DNA of 64,000 nt, from positions 32,001-96,000 of the forward strand of contig JAHLWR010000005.1 in NCBI GenBank assembly GCA_019057815.1. The letters are read 5' to 3'. Shown here piece by piece: positions 48,801 to 62,058 of the stretch. Below the pieces are notes generated by a model. That model saw only the letters and a list, made by a program, of their open reading frames with translations, had not been told where the DNA came from and ran no database searches. Origin of the DNA: Candidatus Heimdallarchaeota archaeon. GTDB taxonomy: Archaea > Asgardarchaeota > Heimdallarchaeia > Heimdallarchaeales > Heimdallarchaeaceae. Numbering within the stretch: the stretch's first letter is position 1; the number at the start of each line of letters is the position of its first letter. A program made the position numbers and the translations under genes.

Positions 48801-49133
48801 TTACATTATTTCTTTTAGCTGTAGATAAATAAACTCCCATATTCCCTTAAACAAACCTTCATTTGAAACATTAATTGAAAGTAGAACCATCTTCTCTGTC
48901 ATCTTTGAAAGTCTTTCTCCCATTCCTCTTACCATTAACTCGTTCTTAATACCAGAAATAAACATAGTAGATGGTGGTAAAATATCGCTTCCTGGTATAG
49001 ATAGCCCTATTGTTCCTAGTTTAGGTTCACCCTCATATACATAAATCGAAATTGCATTATCCAAAAGAAAAGCAAACATTCCAAGATCAATTTCATCAAC
49101 TTGAAAAGTTTTCATAATTATCCTTTCATCCAT
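48801..49133 (-). CDS. Proteasome assembly chaperone PAC4/PSMG4-like protein
   Basis: KLGTIGLSIP..PSTMFISG..GERLSKMTEKMVLLSIN resembles the PAC4 pattern. Start uncertain (49133 or 49115). Confidence 0.6.
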   Translation of the reverse strand: MDERIIMKTFQVDEIDLGMFAFLLDNAISIYVYEGEPKLGTIGLSIPGSDILPPSTMFISGIKNELMVRGMGERLSKMTEKMVLLSINVSNEGLFKGIWEFIYLQLKEIM

Positions 49134-49189
49134 AGTTTTTGATATGTTATAAAATAAAAAAATGTGTTGGATTGAAACCAATTAAATTT

Positions 49190-50218
49190 CTAACAATAAT
49201 TAGTGTCAGTCACAATTGTATAATTCTTATAATAGTCTCTTAAACACTCTTTTTGCTCTTTATTATCCCCTGTTTTTTGTAATTCTGCAGCAAGTAACAA
49301 GTTCCCTGCTAACATACTTACAGTTGCAGGACCAGATCCTCCAGGAACTGGAGAAATATAACTTGTCTTTGATTTTACAGTTTTAAAATCCACATCACCA
49401 ACGAGTTTTCCGTCAAGGAAATTCACCCCAACATCAACAACAACTGCGCCCTTTTTCACCATATCAGCTGTAATTAAATGTGCTTTGCCAACTGCTGCTA
49501 TTAAAATATCAGCTTGACGAGTATGTCTCCCAAGTTGCTTTGTTCGTGAATGACAAATGGTGACCGTACAATTTTCTTTTAACAGGAGATGCAACACAGG
49601 TTTGCCCACAATCATGCTTCTCCCCACAATCACAGTATGTTTACCTTCTAACGATATCTCATAATATTTCAGCAACGCAAGAACTCCCAAAGCTGTTGCT
49701 GGAACAAGATTAGGAATAGCTTTAGCCCAAGCATGAACATTTCCAGGTGATAAACCTTCAACATCTCTTTCAATACTTATAGATTCTATAACCTTATCCG
49801 CATCTATGTGTCTAGGTAAAGGTAGTTGGACAAGAATTCCATCAACATTAGAATTATTATTTAGAGAGTTAATAGTGTTCAATAAATCACGCTCATTGAT
49901 ATCCTTAGAAAGCCTTAAGACCTCTGAATCAAGACAAAGAGTGGAAAAAAATCTTGACTTAATCCTTAGGTAAGATTCAGATGCTGGGTTTTCACCTACC
50001 AATATTGTTACAAGTTTAGGTAGTCGCCCATATTTTCCTTTAAAACCTATACAACGCGGTTTTAAAACCCTCTCTGCATATTCATCAGCAAATTTACGTC
50101 CATTCATAACAATTGTATCCGAGTCATTAGGTAAGAACATTACATCACCACACATTGCAGTAATACGGGGGATACAAGAATATATTAATGGATTCTTATC
50201 TAAAATATTTTGGCTCAT
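49190..50218 (-). CDS. folD: Methylene-THF dehydrogenase/cyclohydrolase
   Basis: GENPAS..Y, GILVQLPLP, GRSMIVGKP, TVTICHSRT, GDVDF, PVPGG.GP.T. Confidence 0.95.
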   Translation of the reverse strand: MSQNILDKNPLIYSCIPRITAMCGDVMFLPNDSDTIVMNGRKFADEYAERVLKPRCIGFKGKYGRLPKLVTILVGENPASESYLRIKSRFFSTLCLDSEVLRLSKDINERDLLNTINSLNNNSNVDGILVQLPLPRHIDADKVIESISIERDVEGLSPGNVHAWAKAIPNLVPATALGVLALLKYYEISLEGKHTVIVGRSMIVGKPVLHLLLKENCTVTICHSRTKQLGRHTRQADILIAAVGKAHLITADMVKKGAVVVDVGVNFLDGKLVGDVDFKTVKSKTSYISPVPGGSGPATVSMLAGNLLLAAELQKTGDNKEQKECLRDYYKNYTIVTDTNYC

Positions 50219-50364
50219 TACTGGAAGAAAAAAAAGCTCCTTCTAAATAATTGTCCAAAACTATTGGTTTGAAATCAAAAGCTTTTTATCAATTATCTTA
50301 AGCAAATTTTTAGTCCAATATATTTAGTGTAGAGATTCAAAGTTTTTTGGAGTATTAGAATAGA

Positions 50365-54277
<3,913 letters not shown>

Positions 54278-54416
54278 ACTTTTTTTTTCATTCTTCTTAC
54301 TATTTTTAATATTAGTTTAACATCAAAAGTTTTTTAATGAACTGAGGAAGGGAAAACTTGAGAGAAAGCTGGAAGATGTTCTCCCACTTAAGTTAAAAAA
54401 AATATACATAATTAAA

Positions 54417-54869
54417 GTGACAATAATGACTGGATCCAAATCTCCAAAAGGAGAGTTTGCTGCTAGAAAATTACGAAATAAAAGGAAACATTTCCGTTGG
54501 AAAGACATTCACTATAAAAGAAGAGCGTTGAGATTAGACAAAAAGGCGGACCCTCTCGAAGGGAGTCCAGCAGCAAGAGGAATAGTGGTAGAAAAATATG
54601 GTGTGGAGAGTAAACAACCAAATTCAGCTCTGAGAAAATGTGTAAGAGTAAGGTTAACTAAAAATGGAAAGCAAATAGGAGCATTTGTCCCACACGATGG
54701 AGGGTTACTATATATAGATGAACATGATGAAGTTTTAGTATGTAGCATAGGAGGCGCACAAAAGGGAGCCAAGGGTGATATTCCTGGTGTTAAGTGGCAA
54801 GTTACCCATGTTAACGATGTTGCGGTTAATCAACTTGTTACTGGGCGTAAACAAAAACCTCAAAGATAG
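54417..54869 (+). CDS. rps12: 30S ribosomal protein uS12
   Basis: [19 protein letters not shown]; start 54417 or 54426. Confidence 0.98.
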   Translation: MTIMTGSKSPKGEFAARKLRNKRKHFRWKDIHYKRRALRLDKKADPLEGSPAARGIVVEKYGVESKQPNSALRKCVRVRLTKNGKQIGAFVPHDGGLLYIDEHDEVLVCSIGGAQKGAKGDIPGVKWQVTHVNDVAVNQLVTGRKQKPQR

Positions 54870-55151
54870 TTTTTTCTTCTACTATTTCATCTTAATATTC
54901 TTTCCTACTTTGTTTAAAAGAAGAAATTCTTGATATTGTCGTCAAGTACCACATCAACAATTTCAAATTTTATTAATTCAAACCAAAAGAGTTTAAATAT
55001 TCTTATGTAGTCCCAATATTAGAAACAAGCAAAGTGTTATTAGCTCTACACTCTTCAACGCTTCCTTAATTATAGATTACACTTGCGCTAAAAAGACAAC
55101 TTTGACTTCCCTAAGAGGTAAAATCAAGAGAAATAAATAGGAGATTAATAT

Positions 55152-55565
55152 ATGTCAGAACATGATGTAAAACCAATTAAAGCTGGTCAAGTTAAAACAG
55201 GATATTACATTATCCACAACGATGATGTATATCTGGTTAGGGATATTGAAAAGTCCAAATCAGGAAAGCACGGACATGCCAAATCTAGGATGAAAATTGA
55301 AAACGTTTTCACGGGAAGTAAAACTGAAATAGCTATTCCTGCAGATACAAAACTACTATCTCCAATCATAGACAAAAGGATAGCCCAAATTATCTCTCTA
55401 GGTAGAGATAGTATACAATTAATGGATTTAGAAACCTACGATACATTTGAAGCTTCACTCCCTACAGAAGAAGAACTAAAAAAACTGATTGTAGAGGGTG
55501 CTGAAGTAGAATATTGGAATGTTATTGGAAAACGCAAAATCATGCGTGTTAAAAGCAAAGCATAA
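55152..55565 (+). CDS. eif5a: Translation factor aIF5A/eIF5A
   Basis: SKSGKHGHAK hypusine loop, QLMDLETY. Confidence 0.97.
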   Translation: MSEHDVKPIKAGQVKTGYYIIHNDDVYLVRDIEKSKSGKHGHAKSRMKIENVFTGSKTEIAIPADTKLLSPIIDKRIAQIISLGRDSIQLMDLETYDTFEASLPTEEELKKLIVEGAEVEYWNVIGKRKIMRVKSKA

Positions 55566-55595
55566 ACATCCAAAATGCACTGGATGTTTCTTTTT
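55564..55595 (+). terminator. Hairpin plus U-tract after eif5a
   Basis: AAACATCCA-8 nt-TGGATGTTT followed by CTTTTT. Confidence 0.5.
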
Positions 55596-55676
55596 CCTTC
55601 TGTAGATTATTTAACATTTTGTACTTGTGAATCATAACTTTCAATAAGATAATTATTCAATTATTTAATTAATACT

Positions 55677-55782
55677 GGGCCGGTAGATCAGAGGAAGATC
55701 GTCTCGTTCGCAACGAGAAGGCCTCGGGTTCAAAAATTTGTTTTCTGCGCGAAACAAAGTGAATATCCCGACCGGTCCACCA
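55677..55782 (+). tRNA. tRNA-Ala(CGC) with 31-nt T-loop intron at 59/60 (55735..55765)
   Basis: GGGCCGG/CCGGTCC with G3:U70, A73, CCA. Anticodon arm TCTCG-TTCGCAA-CGAGA. BHB TTCA/TGAA with 3-nt bulges. Confidence 0.92.
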
Positions 55783-55988
55783 TATAAGCCCTTCCCCTTA
55801 AAACAGCGATTTTTCAAATGTTAAGCCTTTCTCTTGTTTTAGACCGTTAAACCACTATTTAGAGGGGGGTCATTTGCCAGTTTATTATTAGAGGGGCTAA
55901 TTAGTTTATTTTCGAAACCTTAAAGAATGCGAAAAAGATTAAACACATATAACATCAAAGAAATATAAAATAATTTAGAGGAATAGTT

Positions 55989-57365
55989 ATGAAAGACGTT
56001 TTATCCTTTGTGCGAACTATTCGAGACCCCATATATGATGAAGTACGACTGACAGAGATAGAAAATAAAATTATTGACACGCCTATCTTTCAAAGGTTAC
56101 GATGGATTAGTCAACTATCTGGAGTTAGAGAAGTTTATCCTTCCGCAGTACACACTAGATTTACTCATAGTGTAGGAGTGATGTATTTAGCGGGACGTTA
56201 TGCACAAGAAGTTTTTAAATATCATGATGATGTAACAGAAAAAACACAGCTTGCTCGTTTAGCGGGACTTCTACACGATATAGGCCATGGTCCGTTCAGT
56301 CATACATATGATGATGTGGTATTCAAAAGAGTTTATCCAAAAGAAGCTCATGGTCATGATAAACATAGGGATAAAATTGTAAAATCTGAATTTATCAAAC
56401 CTCTTCTTGAAGAGTTCATTAATCCAGAAGAGCTAATGAAAATTTGGGATGGCAGAAGTGAATTATTACATCCTTTACTTCAGGGAGTATTAGGTGCCGA
56501 TAGATTAGACTTTATGCTTAGAGATTCAACTTTCGCGGGAACACTTCACTTTGGAATAATTGCAATTAATAGAATTATTAACAACACAACAATTCAACAA
56601 CATCAAGGTAAAGATGCCATACATTATAATTGGAAAGTACTTGATGACATTTATTCATCACTTATCGGTCGTTTCTTTGAATATAAGAACGTGTATTTCC
56701 ACAAAACTGCACGAGCAGCAGATATAACCATTCATGCAATGTTAAGCGAAGCTTGTGAGCCATTAGGATTAGTTGAGCGCACTAATAATCTTTCGAAATA
56801 TATCTATTTGAACGAGTACACTCTTGTAGGAGAAATTTTTGCTAATCAGTCTAATGAGCTTGTTAAGGCAAAAGCACATTTAAAAGACCTTCTAGATCGA
56901 CGACTCCATAAAGCTGTATGGGAAAAAATTATTGATGAATCTACTGCAAAATCTCTTGGAATCACCATTAACGAGCTTTGTAAACTTACAGCTCAAGAAT
57001 CTTTTATCAAAAATGTAATCAAATATGCAAAGGACAATAATCTCAAGTTGAAACATGAAATGAAGATTGATTCTACCTATAAACTTTCAACAATCAATGA
57101 ACTGGAATTTCAAACTTCAAACATTTATATCTATGATCCACATAATCGCATTAGCTCAGGAACCAAGTCTTTTACACTTAGTAAGGCATTGAATACTACT
57201 AAGTATATATCAACTTTTTCAGGATCAAGCGCTTATCGAACACTATTTACACTATTTAGAGTCTATGCTCATCCAGAAGATGTTAAGACTGTTAACCAAA
57301 TATGGAATGATATCAGATCACAAGAAGATGAATCATCAATGAATGTATCTCTAACTTCATATTAA
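55989..57365 (+). CDS. HD-domain phosphohydrolase, SAMHD1/YwfO-like (putative dNTPase)
   Basis: IRDPIY, FQRLRWISQL, HTRFTHS, LLHDIGHGPFSH, ADRLDFMLRD, VYFHK. Confidence 0.92.
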   Translation: MKDVLSFVRTIRDPIYDEVRLTEIENKIIDTPIFQRLRWISQLSGVREVYPSAVHTRFTHSVGVMYLAGRYAQEVFKYHDDVTEKTQLARLAGLLHDIGHGPFSHTYDDVVFKRVYPKEAHGHDKHRDKIVKSEFIKPLLEEFINPEELMKIWDGRSELLHPLLQGVLGADRLDFMLRDSTFAGTLHFGIIAINRIINNTTIQQHQGKDAIHYNWKVLDDIYSSLIGRFFEYKNVYFHKTARAADITIHAMLSEACEPLGLVERTNNLSKYIYLNEYTLVGEIFANQSNELVKAKAHLKDLLDRRLHKAVWEKIIDESTAKSLGITINELCKLTAQESFIKNVIKYAKDNNLKLKHEMKIDSTYKLSTINELEFQTSNIYIYDPHNRISSGTKSFTLSKALNTTKYISTFSGSSAYRTLFTLFRVYAHPEDVKTVNQIWNDIRSQEDESSMNVSLTSY

Positions 57366-57372
57366 GTTGAAA

Positions 57373-57762
57373 TTAACGACTAACAGATAAATTTTCTTTA
57401 TACACTTCTGTCGCTTTGTTTACTAATTGTATCCCTGATTTCATGCGTGAAAACAAATAATTAAGAGAAGTTGCCGCGCGCTCTATTTCTTCCTCTGCGA
57501 CATATTGTTGGCTTTGTGATATTGAGTATAATCCAGTGTTAGCGAATGTAACAGTCTTATTTTTGCATAGGTTACGAATGCGATTAGATACTCTTTCAGA
57601 AATAACAGAATAACCATTAAAATACCAATCTAAATCATCTAGTTCATCTTCTTTTGCTCTAATTAGAAATAAACTACTATGTATAATTTCCTCGTTTCTC
57701 GGTAAAATTTTTTTTACAACACCAAGTATATAACGGTCAACTATATTGCATTCCCCAGTCAT
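57373..57762 (-). CDS. Small winged-helix protein, distantly YwgA/DUF4065-like
   Basis: IHSSLFL..WYFNGYSVISERV..L..YSIS loosely parallels QKLLFL..YGPYS..L..YxLT. Confidence 0.45.
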   Translation of the reverse strand: MTGECNIVDRYILGVVKKILPRNEEIIHSSLFLIRAKEDELDDLDWYFNGYSVISERVSNRIRNLCKNKTVTFANTGLYSISQSQQYVAEEEIERAATSLNYLFSRMKSGIQLVNKATEVYKENLSVSR

Positions 57763-57834
57763 TAGAGTATACTATTGTCTATCACTCAAAAATTTCTGTA
57801 ATACGTCTTTTTCTGCTTATGGGGAAAATTTAGT

Positions 57835-59247
57835 TTAATGGGAATGTACAAAAGTAAAAGCGCTTTCTAGACATTCACAGATTTTTGATTTCAGTGTTAC
57901 CTCACTTAGTAGGTCATTATACGATAAGAAAAGCACATTATATTCATTCAATATCTTGAAAGCACCATTTTCTAAAACATCTGCAATGGTAATGCAGAGG
58001 AATTTATTCCTTAAACCCGCAATAGAGGAAAGTTCATCCAATATTTCGTAAGCTTGGGTTTGATTTAAAATTCCTTTAAAGATTCTAACAAAAATATAAA
58101 AAGAACCTTTTCTTAACACTAAATCATTGTTTTCCTCGAATATAATCGTCTCTTTAAAATCGAAATCTTTCAGAATGTTGCTGACGCGATGCTTGATGAA
58201 TTCATTGTCTAGTCCATTGTTTAATGGTTGTGTAGAAGGAATAATGACATCATCAATATTGGTGCAAAGGTTTTGGGAATTTTCATTATTCTGTATCTCA
58301 ATAACATTCTGTTCCACTCGAACATTCACAAAATCGTTATCAGGAACAACGTCCGCTTTTAGGGATGGAAAAGGCTTGTTTTGGTGCACTGTTTTAGATA
58401 AGAGATGTTGGGGAATATTAGGTGAAAGTGGTTCTTTAGGTTTCTTTTTTATTTTATAATTATGATCCTTGGGGGGCTTCTTTTGTAGTAAATCATTGAT
58501 CTTAATTACGTCACTTAATGCACCTTCGTGCTTAATCCAGGGAACAAGGAATCTAAAATTAGTCAAATGCCTTGAAACAGATTTTTTTGAAAGTAAAGAG
58601 AGTTTAGAATCAATTTTAGTTGAATTTGCTTTAATAAATCTGCAAAATACTTGATTTTTGCGCTTTATCTCAAGTAAATTATAATCCTCTGATATAAAAA
58701 AGATACTCCATCTAAGGGAATTGTTATCACCGCTTTTAGTATTTGGAAATTGTGTCACAATTACCGAGAAAACATCTGTTTGGATAAGAGATTTAGTAAG
58801 TTTAGTGAGTGCTTTTTGCGTTTGTGCTGCTTTTTTGTTAACAGAAGACAATATATAGGTTAAGAAATATTTCTTTGTTCCATCTTCAAACAATATTTCA
58901 AGTGCATAGTCCTTTTGAACTATTTTTTTAATAGAAGGTGTAAAAAAATTGTTTGTGTTATTCAACAGTTTGAGAGAATAATTAGAAGACAAACGGTGTA
59001 CAAGATTATGAATATCTGTAGATTTTTTGTTGTTTGTTGAAAAATCATATATTATTAGAAATTGTGAATCACTTGATAATTTAATAGAAAACAAAATGTT
59101 CTTAGAAATAAGTTCAGTAATCATGTTTGTTATAACTCTTTCATTCTCCACAAAAGGTATTTCAAGAACACTTATGAATAATGTATCTTTTGGTTGTTTC
59201 CACTCGATAATATTACTGTTAGTTTTCATTGCATCAGCATTAGCCAT
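57835..59247 (-). CDS. Hypothetical protein with C-terminal Mrr-like restriction-endonuclease-fold domain
   Basis: C-terminal ILKDFDF..DLVL..IFVRI..CITIAD..AFKIL..YNVLFL..DL; Pro/Asn-rich linker. Confidence 0.5.
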   Translation of the reverse strand: MANADAMKTNSNIIEWKQPKDTLFISVLEIPFVENERVITNMITELISKNILFSIKLSSDSQFLIIYDFSTNNKKSTDIHNLVHRLSSNYSLKLLNNTNNFFTPSIKKIVQKDYALEILFEDGTKKYFLTYILSSVNKKAAQTQKALTKLTKSLIQTDVFSVIVTQFPNTKSGDNNSLRWSIFFISEDYNLLEIKRKNQVFCRFIKANSTKIDSKLSLLSKKSVSRHLTNFRFLVPWIKHEGALSDVIKINDLLQKKPPKDHNYKIKKKPKEPLSPNIPQHLLSKTVHQNKPFPSLKADVVPDNDFVNVRVEQNVIEIQNNENSQNLCTNIDDVIIPSTQPLNNGLDNEFIKHRVSNILKDFDFKETIIFEENNDLVLRKGSFYIFVRIFKGILNQTQAYEILDELSSIAGLRNKFLCITIADVLENGAFKILNEYNVLFLSYNDLLSEVTLKSKICECLESAFTFVHSH

Positions 59248-59338
59248 TGTAAAAACCCAATAACTGGTTTGCCTTTTATAATATATACTAATAATATTAT
59301 ATAAACTCCAAAAAACAGGGTTTTGTATCGTTCGGACA

Positions 59339-60751
59339 TTAATTTTCCAATAAGAGAGCCAAAACAGATATTGTGTCTCCTACCCCAACAAGTTGTTGTG
59401 CAGATTTTACTATAATTGTTGGGATTCCAACTACTGTGAATGAGTCTGTACTTACAATACCATCTTCAATCTCATCTATACTTTTGTATTCTAATCTTAG
59501 GAAAGTGATTAGTCTTTCTATTTCGTCATAGCCACTTTTGGAAATACTACAAGGTACCTTATTAATTTCAACAATAGAACAAATCGAGCTATTTTTTGCT
59601 TTGACTGCTGCAAAAACAGCTGAGAGAATTAAAGCTTGTTTCCGTTTTATTGCATATTTTTCATGTAATCTCGATGAAATAGTGAGATAATAACCCAAAT
59701 AGTGTAGATGAATACGAAGATGTGGATATTTTACCCAAATATTCAATATTCCCTCAAACAGATTTATTGAAGACATTTCGTTTCGTAACTTTTTGTAAGT
59801 TGTAACATTAGTAGTTTCTAATATCGAAAGAAGTTCTTGTTCATTTAAACCAATTGAATTTACTAAGGGTAGTAAACGTTGGAAAATAATTTCTATGAGC
59901 CTTTTATCTCTTGTAGCTGCAAATTCAATATGTATTTTCAGATCTGGATTGAGCTTTTTCCATTCCTTGAACATCGAGATTATGGGTGCAATGATATCAT
60001 AGTGTGTTGTATTGTCTTGAGTTTCTGGGTTTACGAGATGGAACCCTGAAACAATCGCTATCGAATATTTTTGAATGTTTTCAAGACTATATTTCTTAAA
60101 GCAGTTTTTTATTTCGAGTAAAGAGTTAACCGTGTCATGAGAGGCTATGAATCTATTTTGCCTTGGACATTCAATAGAATTGGATGCAGCTAGGTGGTAT
60201 ATTCCCTTATCGAATTCAAATATATAGTGAATTAACCTTTTATTTTCAAAATCTTGAAGTTTGGTAATAGATTGAACTAAGCATACGCCCTTAGAATCAA
60301 ATGATATATTGATTTTATCATGTAATAAACCACTAAAGCTTTCATCATAAACTGGAAGACTTAGTAATACATCAGCTAATTCTAGTTTTGTTAAAAGATT
60401 AGCCATTATACCTGCTTGACCCCCTATTTTAATCTCATCAATAACAAAAGTATTTTCTATCCAGTCACAAACATCTTTAGCCACAATTAATTTTTCATCT
60501 GCTTTTCCCCCTTCAATAGCATTTAGTAAACATAAAATAAAGGACTCAATTGAATTTATATCCGTTGGAATTTTGTTTTGTAATAAAGTTCCATTCAGAT
60601 TCTTTGATTTTAAACCTCGTAGTGTGTCAGTTCCAATTCTAATTATCTTATCGATATTAACATTAAAACCAATTATTACTTGTTGCGACTCCTTTTTTTT
60701 TGATAGAAATGATTCAATCGTACTCGAATAGAGTTTATTCCACGTTTCCAT
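59339..60751 (-). CDS. ADP-dependent glucokinase/phosphofructokinase
   Basis: GFNVNID, GGQAGIMAN, HYIFEF, NRFI, HIEFA, SIGLNEQEL, VGVGDTIS. Confidence 0.92.
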   Translation of the reverse strand: METWNKLYSSTIESFLSKKKESQQVIIGFNVNIDKIIRIGTDTLRGLKSKNLNGTLLQNKIPTDINSIESFILCLLNAIEGGKADEKLIVAKDVCDWIENTFVIDEIKIGGQAGIMANLLTKLELADVLLSLPVYDESFSGLLHDKINISFDSKGVCLVQSITKLQDFENKRLIHYIFEFDKGIYHLAASNSIECPRQNRFIASHDTVNSLLEIKNCFKKYSLENIQKYSIAIVSGFHLVNPETQDNTTHYDIIAPIISMFKEWKKLNPDLKIHIEFAATRDKRLIEIIFQRLLPLVNSIGLNEQELLSILETTNVTTYKKLRNEMSSINLFEGILNIWVKYPHLRIHLHYLGYYLTISSRLHEKYAIKRKQALILSAVFAAVKAKNSSICSIVEINKVPCSISKSGYDEIERLITFLRLEYKSIDEIEDGIVSTDSFTVVGIPTIIVKSAQQLVGVGDTISVLALLLEN

Positions 60752-60951
60752 GCTCGTATAGTGAGTTGACGATAATCTTATAAAGTCTTTTTTACAAGAA
60801 AATGATGAGTGTGATTACTTGGACTGGCGATAGCTTTTCCTGATTTTTGTACAGAATCTATAAGGTTAGTTTACAGCTCTTCCTCTATAACTCACACTTT
60901 CAGTATGTATTTCTCAAAGAAGTGTTTGTTTTGACAAAAAACTTAGGGGGT

Positions 60952-62058
60952 ATGAATATTGGAAAAAAAACGGAATACAGCAGTATTCTTGAAGAATTTG
61001 GAATCTCAAAGATTAAGAAAGAGCTCTCACGCATTGGTACAGATCACCTTTTCTTCCGAAGAGGTATTGTTTTCGCCCACAGGGATTTTGATAAAATTCT
61101 AAATCGCATAGAGCAAAAAAAGGAATGGGCAATTATCAGTGGGAGAGGACCATCCAATGATTTAACTTATGGTCATCTTATCTTATTTGAACTCATTAAA
61201 TACTTGCAGGAGAAATACCAGTGTCAATTCTTCTTACCTTTTTCAGATGACGAAAAATACGTCTTTAGGAAAATTGATTCACTAAAATCAGCATATAATT
61301 TGGCTTTGAAAAATGCCATTGACATATTTGCTCTTGGTTTTCAACCTAATCAAGTACATGCATATATTTCAAGTTCTACTCCAAGAATTGCATATCTAGC
61401 TTTAACATTCTCAGTCAATCTTACATATAATTCCATTAAATCTGCTCTTGGTTTAATTGGAGATGAGAATATAGGCACACCATACTATTCGTGCATCCAA
61501 GCAGCGCATATACTCCACCCAACAACTGATTACGACCTCCCTGTTGTGGTACCAATAGGACTTGACCAAGACGTGTTCATGAGACTTACAAGAGATGTAG
61601 CAAGGAAAAGAAGAATTACCTTACCAGCTTCATTATACATTAAATACCTAAAAGGATTGGATGGTAGTCCAATGTCCTCTTCCAATCCAGAAAACTGCAT
61701 TTTCCTTAGAGATGGTTCCCAAATTGTAAAAAAGAAAATCTTAAGAGCTTTTACTGGGGGAAGAGCAACGATAAAAGAACAAAGGGAACTAGGTGCTAAC
61801 CCAGAGATTTGTACTATTTATGATTTTTTTGAGAAACTCTTCATTAAGGACGATAAAGAGCTAGCAGATATATGTAGAAGATGTAAAAATGGGGAAATCA
61901 TTTGTGGTCTCGATTGTAAACCTAAACTTATTAGTTTAATTCACGAATTCCAAAAACAATTTGAACAAAGAAAGAAAGGTATAATTAAGAATCTTCACAG
62001 ATATTTTGATCACGAAATAGATATGTCAGAAATCAACGTTAAAAGTGATTCCAAGTGA
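60952..62058 (+). CDS. trpS: Tryptophanyl-tRNA synthetase (archaeal/eukaryotic type)
   Basis: FFRRGIVFAHRDF, GRGPS, DDEKY, PIGLDQD, AFTGGR; ATG 60952. Confidence 0.92.
   Translation: MNIGKKTEYSSILEEFGISKIKKELSRIGTDHLFFRRGIVFAHRDFDKILNRIEQKKEWAIISGRGPSNDLTYGHLILFELIKYLQEKYQCQFFLPFSDDEKYVFRKIDSLKSAYNLALKNAIDIFALGFQPNQVHAYISSSTPRIAYLALTFSVNLTYNSIKSALGLIGDENIGTPYYSCIQAAHILHPTTDYDLPVVVPIGLDQDVFMRLTRDVARKRRITLPASLYIKYLKGLDGSPMSSSNPENCIFLRDGSQIVKKKILRAFTGGRATIKEQRELGANPEICTIYDFFEKLFIKDDKELADICRRCKNGEIICGLDCKPKLISLIHEFQKQFEQRKKGIIKNLHRYFDHEIDMSEINVKSDSK

Noticed and set aside
55855-55900. G-strings resembling ORB elements of a replication origin
   Set aside because: No TCCA..GAAA ORB core and no orc1/cdc6 gene nearby.
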